Positions 1 to 9,155 of a DNA stretch of 20,616 bases are shown piece after piece. Each line of letters begins with the position of its first letter. Within the stretch, counting starts at the first letter, position 1. The notes below the pieces were generated by a model. The model was not told where the DNA came from. It was given only the letters and a program-made list of their open reading frames with translations, and ran no database searches. Position numbers and translations under genes: made by a program. The DNA is from Promethearchaeota archaeon (GTDB taxonomy: Archaea > Asgardarchaeota > Lokiarchaeia > Sigyniarchaeales > SOKP01): positions 1 through 20,616 of the forward strand of contig JBHLNT010000068.1 in NCBI GenBank assembly GCA_048941265.1. Reading direction: 5' to 3'.

Positions 1-829
1 CGAAACCATTAAAAATTGTTTCAGATTGGGAATGAGAATCATCAAAGATCACATGTCGATGTAAACGAATAGCATTTCCCAATATTGTTTCAAAATTTGA
101 TTCTATATAAGTGAAATCACATCCCATTACAATTAAATGACCAGAACCTATAATTTTATGAAATATAACAGGGTCTGTCCCATCAGTAACCACAAATTTG
201 GTTTCTGTAGTATCAAAACTACAAACTGTATGAGAAGGAAACGTCCAGCTTGAACTCACCCCTCTCGCAAGTGCATCATTATTATTGACTAACCACGCAG
301 TACCAGTACTAAGGTAAGATGTAGTTGCAGAAAATGTAAACAATCCGGATTCGTTACCTATGTGAAATGTCTCATCATCATTATCTAACATAATAACAAT
401 TCCTCCATTAGTGATAAAGTTTGTAAGAGTAGTTGCCCATGCATTTCCTACTGCTATCATATCTGCACTCACACTAAATTCTTGTTCAACAATTAAAAGG
501 ATGTCGTGACCGGGTAATTTAGAATTTAATTCGGTATAATCCGTAAGATTCTCGTAGTAATAATCTGTTCCATAAGAATTATCAATCGCTTGCATAGTAT
601 TGACAAATTCATTTTCAAGATCAGCATATTCAATGTATACTAAAATAGATACAGGTAAAATTTGGTGGTCTTTATTTAATGGAGAATCTGAATCTTGAAT
701 ATCTTGGCAAATATTCGTCAAATTTCCACTATTTTCTACTTTTGCATTCATTGAGCCATTGGATAAGGAACTTATCATCAATATTATGCATATTAGAAAA
801 AAGAGTGAACATTTTTTAGTTTTTCTCAT
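1..829 (-). CDS. Secreted/cell-surface protein with class I glutamine amidotransferase-like (GIFT/DUF4350-like) domain(s); 3' end runs off the window
   Basis: Not in the ORF track; translated by hand from ATG at 829, open to the window edge (276 codons): MRKTKKCSLFFLICIILMISSLSNG (signal peptide)...LPGHDILLIVEQE...LTNFITNGGIVIML...IGSGHLIVMGCD...HVIFDDSHSQ. These are flavodoxin/GATase-like motifs, and 'VIFDDSH' looks like the start of a second such domain. Confidence 0.8.
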   Translation of the reverse strand, partial: MRKTKKCSLFFLICIILMISSLSNGSMNAKVENSGNLTNICQDIQDSDSPLNKDHQILPVSILVYIEYADLENEFVNTMQAIDNSYGTDYYYENLTDYTELNSKLPGHDILLIVEQEFSVSADMIAVGNAWATTLTNFITNGGIVIMLDNDDETFHIGNESGLFTFSATTSYLSTGTAWLVNNNDALARGVSSSWTFPSHTVCSFDTTETKFVVTDGTDPVIFHKIIGSGHLIVMGCDFTYIESNFETILGNAIRLHRHVIFDDSHSQSETIFNGF

Positions 830-1152
830 TTTTTATTAAACTCTTATTTTTTTATTTTAAAATCTTGAATAAATTTTTTCAGTTTAGATTTTCAATTAAA
901 ATTTTTTTTGTTAGATTCTATATAAACAAACCAAATTTAACGCTATATAAAACCATCTATAAAAAAACTGATCCTACAATCTTCTAACAAATATGCGATC
1001 TTATATTAAAACGAGAAAATATCATAGTACGAATTAATTAAGCTAAGAAATATAACTTTAAAATTATTTTAATTTCAAATACTAATTCATCCTTAGTTGC
1101 TATTTTTCTCATTAAATTTTTAATTTTTGAATTATTTTAAATATTGATTGTT

Positions 1153-2628
1153 ATGGCAAAAAAGAAAAATGAAGCTCCTATTACGGGTATTACTGTTTCA
1201 AAAGATGAGGATTTTTCTGCGTGGTACACTGAAATTATTGAAAAGGCTGATCTGGCAGATATCAGATATAATGTGAAAGGATTTGTGTGCTATAGACCTT
1301 GGGCAACTATTTCGATAAAAAAGATGTATAGAAAATACGAGGAGCTTCTAGAAAAAAATGGGCATTTACCATTAACAATGCCTTCTTTAATTCCCGAGAG
1401 CAATCTTATGTTGGAAGCAGACCATGTGGAGGGATTTGCCCCTGAAGTTTTTTGGGTTACTGAAGCAGGAAGTTCTGGTCCTTTAAGCGAAAAACTAGCG
1501 CTGCGTCCAACAAGTGAAACAGCACTATATCCAATGTATAGTCTTTGGATTCAGAGTTATAAAGATTTACCCTTCAAAAGATATCAGTCGTGTCAGGTAT
1601 GGCGATATGAAGGGAAAATGACACGACCTTTTTTTAGAGGGAGGGAATTTCATTGGATTGAAGCCCACGATGTTTTTGCCACTGAAGAGGGTGCCATGGC
1701 TCAAGTTCATGAAGATATGGAGATGACCTATCAAATGCTTCAAGATGAATTTTGTATTCCAATTATCTTTTTTCAAAGACCTAAATGGGATAAATTCGCC
1801 GGCAGTGTCAATACTTACGCTGCGGATGCTCTTATGGGTTCAGGTAAGGTTCTACAATTGCCTTCAACACATTATCTTGGTCAAAATTTCTCAAAACCTT
1901 TTAATGTTAAATTTGTTGATACTGACGGAAAGGAAAAATATGGATATCAGACCTGCTATGGACCTGCCATAAGTAGAATTTATGGAGCGATGATAGCGTA
2001 CTTAGGAGATGATAAGGGTCTAATTTTGCCTTTTGATTTAGCCCCAATTCAAATTGTCATAATTCCAATACTAATAAAGGGAAAAGAAAAGATTGTTTTA
2101 GACAAATGTAAGAAAATTTATGAGAAAATGAGAGAAAAATACCTCATAAAACTAGATGATTCGGAAGATTCTCCCGGCAGTAAATTTTATTACTGGGAAA
2201 TGAAAGGAATACCTTTTAGAATTGAGATTGGTCCAAGAGATATTCAAAAGAAGCAAGAAGTAGTAGTTAAAAGACATGATGGCAAAAAATATTTCGTAAG
2301 CGATAATGAATTAGAAGAAAAGATTAAGCAACTTGCTGAGAATTATACAAACGAATTAAAAGAGAAAAAATTACTGGATTTTGATGAACAAATTGAAATT
2401 TGCTATGAAACTGACGCTGCAAAAGAAGCCTTAGATAAGGGTAAAATTGTATGTTGTGGATTTTGTTCTATTGATATGAAATCTTATCATTGTGCCGAAG
2501 TTGTAGAAAAAGAAATAGGTGGTTTTGTAAGAGGAAAAAGAGTTGATGAGGAAAAACACGAGTTTGCTAGCTGTTTGATATGTGGTGAACCAGCTACTTG
2601 TACCGTTTATATCGCAAAAAGCTATTAA
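1153..2628 (+). CDS. proS: Proline--tRNA ligase, archaeal/eukaryotic type
   Basis: FSAWYTEIIEKADLAD, HVEGFAPEVFWVT, LALRPTSET, motif 2 VWRYEGKMTRPFFRGREF, STHYLGQNFSKPF, anticodon-binding domain (WEMKGIPFRIEIGPRD) and C-terminal Zn domain ending CLICGEPA...IAKSY. ATG 1153 preferred over TTG 1144. Confidence 0.98.
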   Translation: MAKKKNEAPITGITVSKDEDFSAWYTEIIEKADLADIRYNVKGFVCYRPWATISIKKMYRKYEELLEKNGHLPLTMPSLIPESNLMLEADHVEGFAPEVFWVTEAGSSGPLSEKLALRPTSETALYPMYSLWIQSYKDLPFKRYQSCQVWRYEGKMTRPFFRGREFHWIEAHDVFATEEGAMAQVHEDMEMTYQMLQDEFCIPIIFFQRPKWDKFAGSVNTYAADALMGSGKVLQLPSTHYLGQNFSKPFNVKFVDTDGKEKYGYQTCYGPAISRIYGAMIAYLGDDKGLILPFDLAPIQIVIIPILIKGKEKIVLDKCKKIYEKMREKYLIKLDDSEDSPGSKFYYWEMKGIPFRIEIGPRDIQKKQEVVVKRHDGKKYFVSDNELEEKIKQLAENYTNELKEKKLLDFDEQIEICYETDAAKEALDKGKIVCCGFCSIDMKSYHCAEVVEKEIGGFVRGKRVDEEKHEFASCLICGEPATCTVYIAKSY

Positions 2629-2842
2629 TTTTTGGTTTAAATAAAGGGAGATATAAGAAAATCTTATCGCTTTTCTTATTCCAAGTGTCCCTTGCAACCA
2701 AACCGTATTAAATTAATGATTTTAAATCTTCTTTTAATTCTTCTGTTATAAAATTAAAAAAGTCTTTTTATCTCATCTTATTTATACAAGAATCAAAATA
2801 AATACAGATAAGAAAAAAAAAAGAAAAAAATTGATTTAATTA

Positions 2843-5800
2843 TTATGTGGTATTTTGAATTTCTCGTTTTGGCAAGATTCTTTTTCTAAGGATAAATATA
2901 GTAACTGCACCCGCACCAATTGCAGATACTACTCCGATTGCGATTAAAGCAATTATGGGAATAGCAGGTTCCTCAGCTTTTTTGGCTTTTCCACCTCCTC
3001 CGCCTCCTCCACCTCCTCCAGAAGATCCAGTTGGAATTTTTAAGCATAGATAACAGCAGACATATTTGGTAAAGTTGATATTTTCCGCATTATCTTTCAG
3101 CCAGATATATAACGTATGATTTCCACCTCCTGATACCTTAATTCCGGTTATTTGAGTGATATCTGCTCCAGCAATATATATTCCATCCGTATCAGAAACA
3201 GGAGGCGAATCTAATTTGTAATGTACACCAGCTATACCTGATAAATCTATTGGATTTACCCATGTTAAATTGAACAAATTCACAGTCGTCCATCCATTTG
3301 GTTGGACATTTAATTCGATGGGGGCATCAATTGTATTATCAACTTTAATTACATTAGCAACTAATTGAGTGCCCAATTTGCCGACCGTATTTACAGTTTG
3401 AAATCGTACGGTGTTCAAAGTCTCTGATTCTTGATTGAAAGGTACATCTAATACTCTTGCATAAATCCACCCTGTATCTCCATGTTCTGCGGGATCCGTA
3501 CAAGCTCCATCCTCATATACTCCATCAACACTTACCCAGTTAGTTGGTTCTGCCTCACCCATGGTTGAATAAGCATACTTTACTTCTGTTATGTTCACAC
3601 CATTACCTCCCATATAAAATTTACTTATTACCGTGGGATTTATATCATTTATCCAATCGAGTGGAGTTTCAATCCAGAATAAAGATTCATTGTCTATTTT
3701 TATATTTGTTGCGGTTGATTGATAACCCTGATTATTTGCCAAATCCGTAGCTCGAAATCTTATTGTGTTCAAAGATTCGGATTCTTGATTGAAAGGTACA
3801 TTTAACACTTGAGCATAGATCCACCCCGTATCTCCGTTTTCCGCGGGATTCGTACAAATTCCATCCTTATATACTCCATCAACAGCTATCCAATTATTTG
3901 GTTCTGCCTCACCCATGGTTGAGTAAGCATATTCTACTGTTGAAACATTTACTCCTGATTTTGCAGTATAAAAACTCCCGATTACCATCGGAGTTAAATC
4001 ACTAACCCAATCAGTAGGTGAATAAATTGAAAAGCCATTTGGAGCAGCGAAATCAATTATTACATTTACACTTTGGCAATTTGAAATCCAGCTTTTTCCT
4101 CTCCCATTACTAGATACGATAACATAATAGTAATTCGCATCCACAGATATAATATCTTGATAATGACTATTAGCCCCAACTGTTGCAATTGGGGTTTTTC
4201 CAGTCATCGTGGTAATAGGCGCAGTAGCTCTATAGATGTCGTAATTTATAGCACCAACCACGTCGTTCCAATCTAAATCAATTATCCCATCATAATCTGG
4301 ATTTGGCAAGATAGAGTTTAATTCGGGCGCTTCCAATGCATACCACGGTATCATTATCTTAATTACTGCTAATCCTCGAACGTCGTCTGCTATATAAGCA
4401 TAATCTCCTGAGATATAAACATCCTTCGCCTCAAATAGTGATTCCTCATAAACAGGAGCTCCAGGATTGTTGGGATCAGAAACGTCGATAACTGCCAGAC
4501 CACTTTTTGTATCTGCCACATAAGCATAGTCTCCTGATACAAATACGCCATTAGCATAATCATCTGTATCAACATGTTGTGGTATAAGAGTATGAGGTGG
4601 ATCATAAATAAACAGAATAGCAAGTCCATAATCGCCATCGGCTACATAAGCATTATCTCCTGAGATATATATATCTGAAGCATAATCATAATAATTACTA
4701 TATTCATAGGTGGGTGTGCCAGGGTGGATTGGATCGGAAATATCTATAACTGCAATCCCCTCAGGACCATCTGCAATATAAGCATAGTCTCCTTCCACCC
4801 ATATACCAATAGCTTGACCTGTTGTATCTACAGAGACCACTGTATATGGATGGGTTGGATCGGAAATATTGACGACCGCTAAACCATTAGTTCTATCTGC
4901 CACGTAAGCATAATCTCCGGAGATAAACACTCCATAAGCATCCCCTGGAGTATCTGCATAATATGTAGGACCGGGATGAGTTGGATCGGATATATCAATG
5001 ACTGCTAGACCACTTTGACGAACTGCTACATATGCATAGTCTCCTGATACATATACACCCATGGTTTCTATAGATGGGATTGTATATATAGGTGGGCCTG
5101 GATTTGAAGGGTTAGAAATATCAATAACTGCTAATCCTATATAATCTGCCACATATGCATAATCTCCAGCAACAAATACGCGACTAGCAAAATTATTAGT
5201 ATCTTCATAAACAACATGATAAGGAGTTATTATCTCTCCAATTTTTATAATCGCCAATTGCTTATTTGAAACATCACCATTTGCTACATAAGCGAAATTT
5301 CCGGAAACAAAGACACCAAAAGCTTTCTCAATCTCATCAACATATATAGCAGGACCAGGATTTAATGGATTAGAGATATCAATAATGGCTAAACCGCTAT
5401 AATAACACGTCAAATAGGCATAATCGCCCGAAATAAATATATCGTATGTGTAGCAATTTGTATATTCATGGATAGGTGAGCCTGGATTAGTTGGATCAGA
5501 AATATCAATGACTGCTAAACCTCTCAAAGAATCTGCTACATAAGCATAATCCCCGGATATAAATACTCCTTGAGCATCATTTAAAGCTACATAAATAGGT
5601 TCTCCCGGGTGTGTCGGATCGGAAATATCTATAACCGCAAGACCTGCACTTCTATCAGCAACATAAGCATAATCCCCTTCTATATATACGTCATATGATA
5701 ATCCCGCCGTATTTAAATAAATTGGAGTCCCAGGATGTCTCGGATCCGAAATGTCAATGATCGCCAACCCACTGCCATAATTAGCCACATAGGCATAATC

Positions 5801-6166
5801 TCCAGCAATAAATACATCCCAAGCTTGATCAGTTAATGGAACATTGCTCACTTCTATGGGAAGGGTTGGATCAGAAATATCAATGATTATGAGTTGTTTA
5901 TAGTAATCTGAAACATAAGCATAATCTCCACAGACACACACACCAGTAATGTATCCACAGAGCGTACACCATATTGCACCGGGATGAGTCGGATCGGAAA
6001 TGTCAACAATCATAAGTCCATAATTAAAATCAGCTATATATACATAATCTCCTGATACGTATGTATTTTGTGCAACACCCCCTAAATTTTTATAATATAT
6101 ATCAGAAATGTTTAGTTCTTCTTGAAAAGTTACTGTATTAAACGAATGAGTGGCATTTGATGACAT
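2843..6166 (-). CDS. Large membrane-anchored surface protein: 14 LVIVD repeats, FN3/Ig-like domains, poly-Gly linker, C-terminal TM anchor
   Basis: 14 copies of (V/I)xGDYAYVADxxxGLAVIDISDP; FN3-like LDWNDVVGAINYDIYR...YYYVIV; two tandem 118-aa repeats; GSS-G10; TM IPIIALIAIGVVSAIGAGAVTIFIL followed by RKR. The true N-terminus probably extends to about 6265-6268 (see findings). Confidence 0.92.
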   Translation of the reverse strand: MSSNATHSFNTVTFQEELNISDIYYKNLGGVAQNTYVSGDYVYIADFNYGLMIVDISDPTHPGAIWCTLCGYITGVCVCGDYAYVSDYYKQLIIIDISDPTLPIEVSNVPLTDQAWDVFIAGDYAYVANYGSGLAIIDISDPRHPGTPIYLNTAGLSYDVYIEGDYAYVADRSAGLAVIDISDPTHPGEPIYVALNDAQGVFISGDYAYVADSLRGLAVIDISDPTNPGSPIHEYTNCYTYDIFISGDYAYLTCYYSGLAIIDISNPLNPGPAIYVDEIEKAFGVFVSGNFAYVANGDVSNKQLAIIKIGEIITPYHVVYEDTNNFASRVFVAGDYAYVADYIGLAVIDISNPSNPGPPIYTIPSIETMGVYVSGDYAYVAVRQSGLAVIDISDPTHPGPTYYADTPGDAYGVFISGDYAYVADRTNGLAVVNISDPTHPYTVVSVDTTGQAIGIWVEGDYAYIADGPEGIAVIDISDPIHPGTPTYEYSNYYDYASDIYISGDNAYVADGDYGLAILFIYDPPHTLIPQHVDTDDYANGVFVSGDYAYVADTKSGLAVIDVSDPNNPGAPVYEESLFEAKDVYISGDYAYIADDVRGLAVIKIMIPWYALEAPELNSILPNPDYDGIIDLDWNDVVGAINYDIYRATAPITTMTGKTPIATVGANSHYQDIISVDANYYYVIVSSNGRGKSWISNCQSVNVIIDFAAPNGFSIYSPTDWVSDLTPMVIGSFYTAKSGVNVSTVEYAYSTMGEAEPNNWIAVDGVYKDGICTNPAENGDTGWIYAQVLNVPFNQESESLNTIRFRATDLANNQGYQSTATNIKIDNESLFWIETPLDWINDINPTVISKFYMGGNGVNITEVKYAYSTMGEAEPTNWVSVDGVYEDGACTDPAEHGDTGWIYARVLDVPFNQESETLNTVRFQTVNTVGKLGTQLVANVIKVDNTIDAPIELNVQPNGWTTVNLFNLTWVNPIDLSGIAGVHYKLDSPPVSDTDGIYIAGADITQITGIKVSGGGNHTLYIWLKDNAENINFTKYVCCYLCLKIPTGSSGGGGGGGGGGKAKKAEEPAIPIIALIAIGVVSAIGAGAVTIFILRKRILPKREIQNTT
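3330..4035 (-). repeat. Intragenic tandem duplication of a 118-aa (354-nt) Ig-like domain
   Basis: ATTCTTGATTGAAAGGTACAT at 3427 and 3781; GGTTCTGCCTCACCCATGGTTGA at 3546 and 3900 (offset 354 in both cases). Protein YAYSTMGEAEPxNW...GDTGWIYA...VPFNQESE occurs twice. Outer boundaries are approximate. Confidence 0.9.
4345..6085 (-). repeat. 14 tandem LVIVD repeats (~42 aa each), arranged 7+7
   Basis: Counted in the translation. Repeats 7 and 14 both end in IKI rather than (I/V)DISxP. Boundaries are approximate. Confidence 0.88.
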
Positions 6167-6383
6167 ATCAAGATAGCTAAATCTGCTATAAGGTAAAAAA
6201 GCGAATGCATATCCAAAAAGTATAAAGATTAGGATAATTAATGCTTTAACTTTTTTTGTTTTTAATATTAACCCCTTCTTCTTCCACGTTATTATTTTCA
6301 GTCTATTACTTCTAATTTCTTCCTTAATCTAGAACATCTCCTTTTAAAATATAATTTTAATTAAGTTTCTTACTAATTATCGT

Positions 6384-6412
6384 ATATATAAACCCATAAG
6401 GACTGATTTTTT
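6384..6412 (-). promoter_or_regulatory. 29-bp conserved element, copy 1 (minus strand AAAAAATCAGTCCTTATGGGTTTATATAT; TATA box plus upstream site)
   Basis: Identical to 7696-7724 and 9127-9155; lies upstream of the LVIVD gene and ends in TTTATATA pointing into it. Confidence 0.8.
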
Positions 6413-6737
6413 GCACATTTTAAAAGTGAGAAAAATTAAAGGTATGAGAAGAAATCTAAGAAAATCTTATTAAAATTAAATCTCGTAAGCAATTATAAAA
6501 GCTTTTATGGAAATTAGATTTAAGTTTTTAGCTTTCAACTCTTTATAGACAGAATCACTGATGACCTACTCATTTTTTATATTTTTAGAAAAATATTTTA
6601 TAGAATGCTTTTAATGTGCAAATTCAGATTTAAAATTCAAATACCATTTTTTTCAAGACGTTGTATTTTATATAGAAATAATACTCCAAAGAATAATAAA
6701 ATATGAATAAAAAAAATAGGAATTGATCTTTAAATTT

Positions 6738-7622
6738 TTAGTTGACAGTTGAATTCTCTATTGGCTCATCCATTTCAGGTTTCTCTTTCAAAGTCGGTCT
6801 TTTTTTTCTAACTAATTTAAAGTAGATAACTGTTATTACAATTGCTCCAATTGCGACAATCATACAAATAATATGTAACCAATATTCAATCCAAATAGAA
6901 TTTTGTAAGGAAATTGAAATTACATCATCCAAATCATCGTCATTTACGTAGCTAAGTTTAAAAGATTTAAGAAATCCATCTTTTGTATAGTGTATAGATA
7001 TAAATCTTTTACCAAGATGTCCTTCTCCATCAAATGTTATGCTCATTCCTTCATCTAAAATGATGGGGTAGAAAAGTGATCTCCTATAAGAAGCAGAACC
7101 ATAATGACCTTTCTGTAAATCATCGTTTAATTCATGCATAACTTCTTTCCAATCTACATTATTAGCTACAAATAAAGCACCGTATATTGCGCAACTTTCA
7201 TAGAAGTATAAAATATCTTTATCGCCTTCTACATATTTAAGAATAATTCCTTCTCTGCCTTTATGATCACTTTTCCAATCCTTTTCCTCGTATATTGGCT
7301 CTGATTTCTTTGATTTATATTGATTCCATTTGAATTTAATTCCCTTTTCTCCCCCAAATGTAGTCTCTTCACCAATCCATGTAATCACGGCTTTTATAGA
7401 TTTATAATCTTCATCCCAGGAAAAAGTAGTGGTGTTGATTCCCATATCATGTCCCATTTGTTTATCCACTTCCTCGTCATATTTAATATTCCAGATAAAT
7501 TCATCGTTCTTTTTAATCCCAATATAATCTGCACCTTCAGCTACGGCATTTACACTATTTAGAATTGGAAAAATAATTAATATAGTGGTTATAATTACAT
7601 AATAGACTCGTTTATTTCTCAA
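6738..7622 (-). CDS. Uncharacterised surface protein with N-terminal signal peptide and C-terminal TM anchor
   Basis: TTG start; MRNKRVYYVIITTILIIFPILNSVNA signal; ADYIGIKKNDEFIWNI, a start typical of Asgard surface proteins as I recall them; TM WLHIICMIVAIGAIVITVIYF followed by KLVRKKR. Confidence 0.85.
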   Translation of the reverse strand: MRNKRVYYVIITTILIIFPILNSVNAVAEGADYIGIKKNDEFIWNIKYDEEVDKQMGHDMGINTTTFSWDEDYKSIKAVITWIGEETTFGGEKGIKFKWNQYKSKKSEPIYEEKDWKSDHKGREGIILKYVEGDKDILYFYESCAIYGALFVANNVDWKEVMHELNDDLQKGHYGSASYRRSLFYPIILDEGMSITFDGEGHLGKRFISIHYTKDGFLKSFKLSYVNDDDLDDVISISLQNSIWIEYWLHIICMIVAIGAIVITVIYFKLVRKKRPTLKEKPEMDEPIENSTVN

Positions 7623-7695
7623 ATTTTATCATCTTCTTAAAAAATTATTTTGAAATTTTTAATTATAATTAGGTGGTTTTAAAGATGCAATTTGA

Positions 7696-7724
7696 ATATA
7701 TAAACCCATAAGGACTGATTTTTT
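7696..7724 (-). promoter_or_regulatory. 29-bp conserved element, copy 2
   Basis: ATATATAAACCCATAAGGACTGATTTTTT, ~75 nt upstream of the 7622 start. Confidence 0.8.
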
Positions 7725-7913
7725 ACATGACCTGAAACTTCTAAATTGGATAATTTTAGACTTAGAGTTTCGGAAAATAAGGATTTAAAATATTAAATAA
7801 CTAATATTCAAGCAGATCATCAAAAAATAGCTTCATATGTAAGTCATAATATTAAAATTATCCCCTTATTGAGAGATATTAAAAAATTAAAAAAAAGAAT
7901 AATATCTATTGAA

Positions 7914-8984
7914 TTAAAGATTCGGCTTTTTTCTCTTTACGGAAAACTGTTTTTTACATTGAGGGCAAATTACTCTATCAAACCGTTTAATAGCACCAAT
8001 AATACCCATAACAATACATATAGAAATAACACCAACGAGACTGATAAAAGTAAAACGTGGTGGGACAAATGTATAAATAATTATCCAAAGAATAATCAAT
8101 ATGCATATAGACCCGAATATTGCTCCACCCCACGAAAATACATACTTTTTAGCACCAGTATTTCCACAATAAGGACACACTAATGAAGCATCTATTTGTT
8201 GGGATTGAGAAATAGGTAATTGATTTGAACCTTTTGGAATGGCTTGGATTGCAGGGATTGAAGGTGAAGTTACTTTAGATGCCTCTTTTATTTTTTTTTT
8301 CGCGCTTTTTTTATCCCATATGTAATCTTTATTCAATCGAAGAGCATATTGGTTTATTAGAGTGGCAATTCTACTAACGTCCTTACTACTAAAATCCACA
8401 TCTGTTTCCAGTATGAAATTGGTTACCTGAGTATTCTTCGAAAAAAAGTAACAATTATAGTAGCTCGTAGAAATGGTGGGCCACAATGCCCCATAATCAG
8501 AGCCAACTGAATCAAATGCATGAATAGTATCAAATTGCGACCAATTAATTTGAAATGTAAATTTACGTGGAAGCATAATTTTTATTCCTTGATCTGAGAT
8601 AGAAAATTCGCGAGTTCGGCCATAACTTGATTTCATTCGAAGAGTTCCAATAATTGCGCAAATAAAACAAGGGAACATCACGATGAAAATAAATAAAAAG
8701 GCAAAAAAAAACAGGGGGTGAATGAATAGACCTAATATCATAAATCCTAGTATAACAAACGGAACAAGAATTACGCAACAAATACTGCCATATTTTCTCA
8801 ATGTATAATCTTTAATAATTTCTACTTTATTCGATTCTGAAAGATCTGAAACTCCTGCCGCTTCTAATTTTGTAGCTTCAATTCCTTCTAAGCTCGCACC
8901 ACAAAAACGACAATAAGTATTAGTTCCTTTATTTACATTATTGCAAGAAGAACAAATTTTTTGGGTTTCATTGTTCTCATTCAT
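7914..8984 (-). CDS. Zinc-ribbon membrane protein (N-terminal CxxC..CxxC, 2 TM, PH-like soluble domain, C-terminal LITAF-like CxxC-hydrophobic-CxxC)
   Basis: CSSC...CRFC; TM pair; FSISDQGIKI...FQINWSQF, resembling bacterial PH-like domains; CPYC, then a hydrophobic hairpin, then CPQC. ATG 8984 or GTG 8993. Confidence 0.85.
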   Translation of the reverse strand: MNENNETQKICSSCNNVNKGTNTYCRFCGASLEGIEATKLEAAGVSDLSESNKVEIIKDYTLRKYGSICCVILVPFVILGFMILGLFIHPLFFFAFLFIFIVMFPCFICAIIGTLRMKSSYGRTREFSISDQGIKIMLPRKFTFQINWSQFDTIHAFDSVGSDYGALWPTISTSYYNCYFFSKNTQVTNFILETDVDFSSKDVSRIATLINQYALRLNKDYIWDKKSAKKKIKEASKVTSPSIPAIQAIPKGSNQLPISQSQQIDASLVCPYCGNTGAKKYVFSWGGAIFGSICILIILWIIIYTFVPPRFTFISLVGVISICIVMGIIGAIKRFDRVICPQCKKQFSVKRKKPNL

Positions 8985-9126
8985 ACTTAACACAACAATT
9001 ATTTTTTTTTATTAAAATTATTTTTTAAATGTTTATTTATCACATTATTTTTTCTAAATTCTTTAGAGCTCATAATTGCCTTTCACTTTTTTGTTAAATT
9101 TAGATAATAAATTAGAACACAATTGA

Positions 9127-9155
9127 ATATATAAACCCATAAGGACTGATTTTTT
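9127..9155 (-). promoter_or_regulatory. 29-bp conserved element, copy 3
   Basis: Identical sequence, ~140 nt upstream of the zinc-ribbon gene, in the divergent intergenic region shared with the wHTH gene. Confidence 0.8.

Noticed and set aside
2990-3020. (CCT/CCA)n microsatellite-like run
   Set aside because: It encodes the Gly10 linker with mixed codons, so it is not a phase-variable tract.
1567-8781. Short alternative-frame ORFs (1567-1776, 1745-1972, 2431-2697, 3544-3750, 4390-4638, 7320-7562, 7869-8183, 8563-8781)
   Set aside because: All lie within or opposite well-supported genes and show no motifs.
6384-9155. The three 29-bp repeats as a CRISPR array
   Set aside because: The repeat length fits, but the copies are 1.3-1.4 kb apart with whole genes between them, and no cas genes are present.
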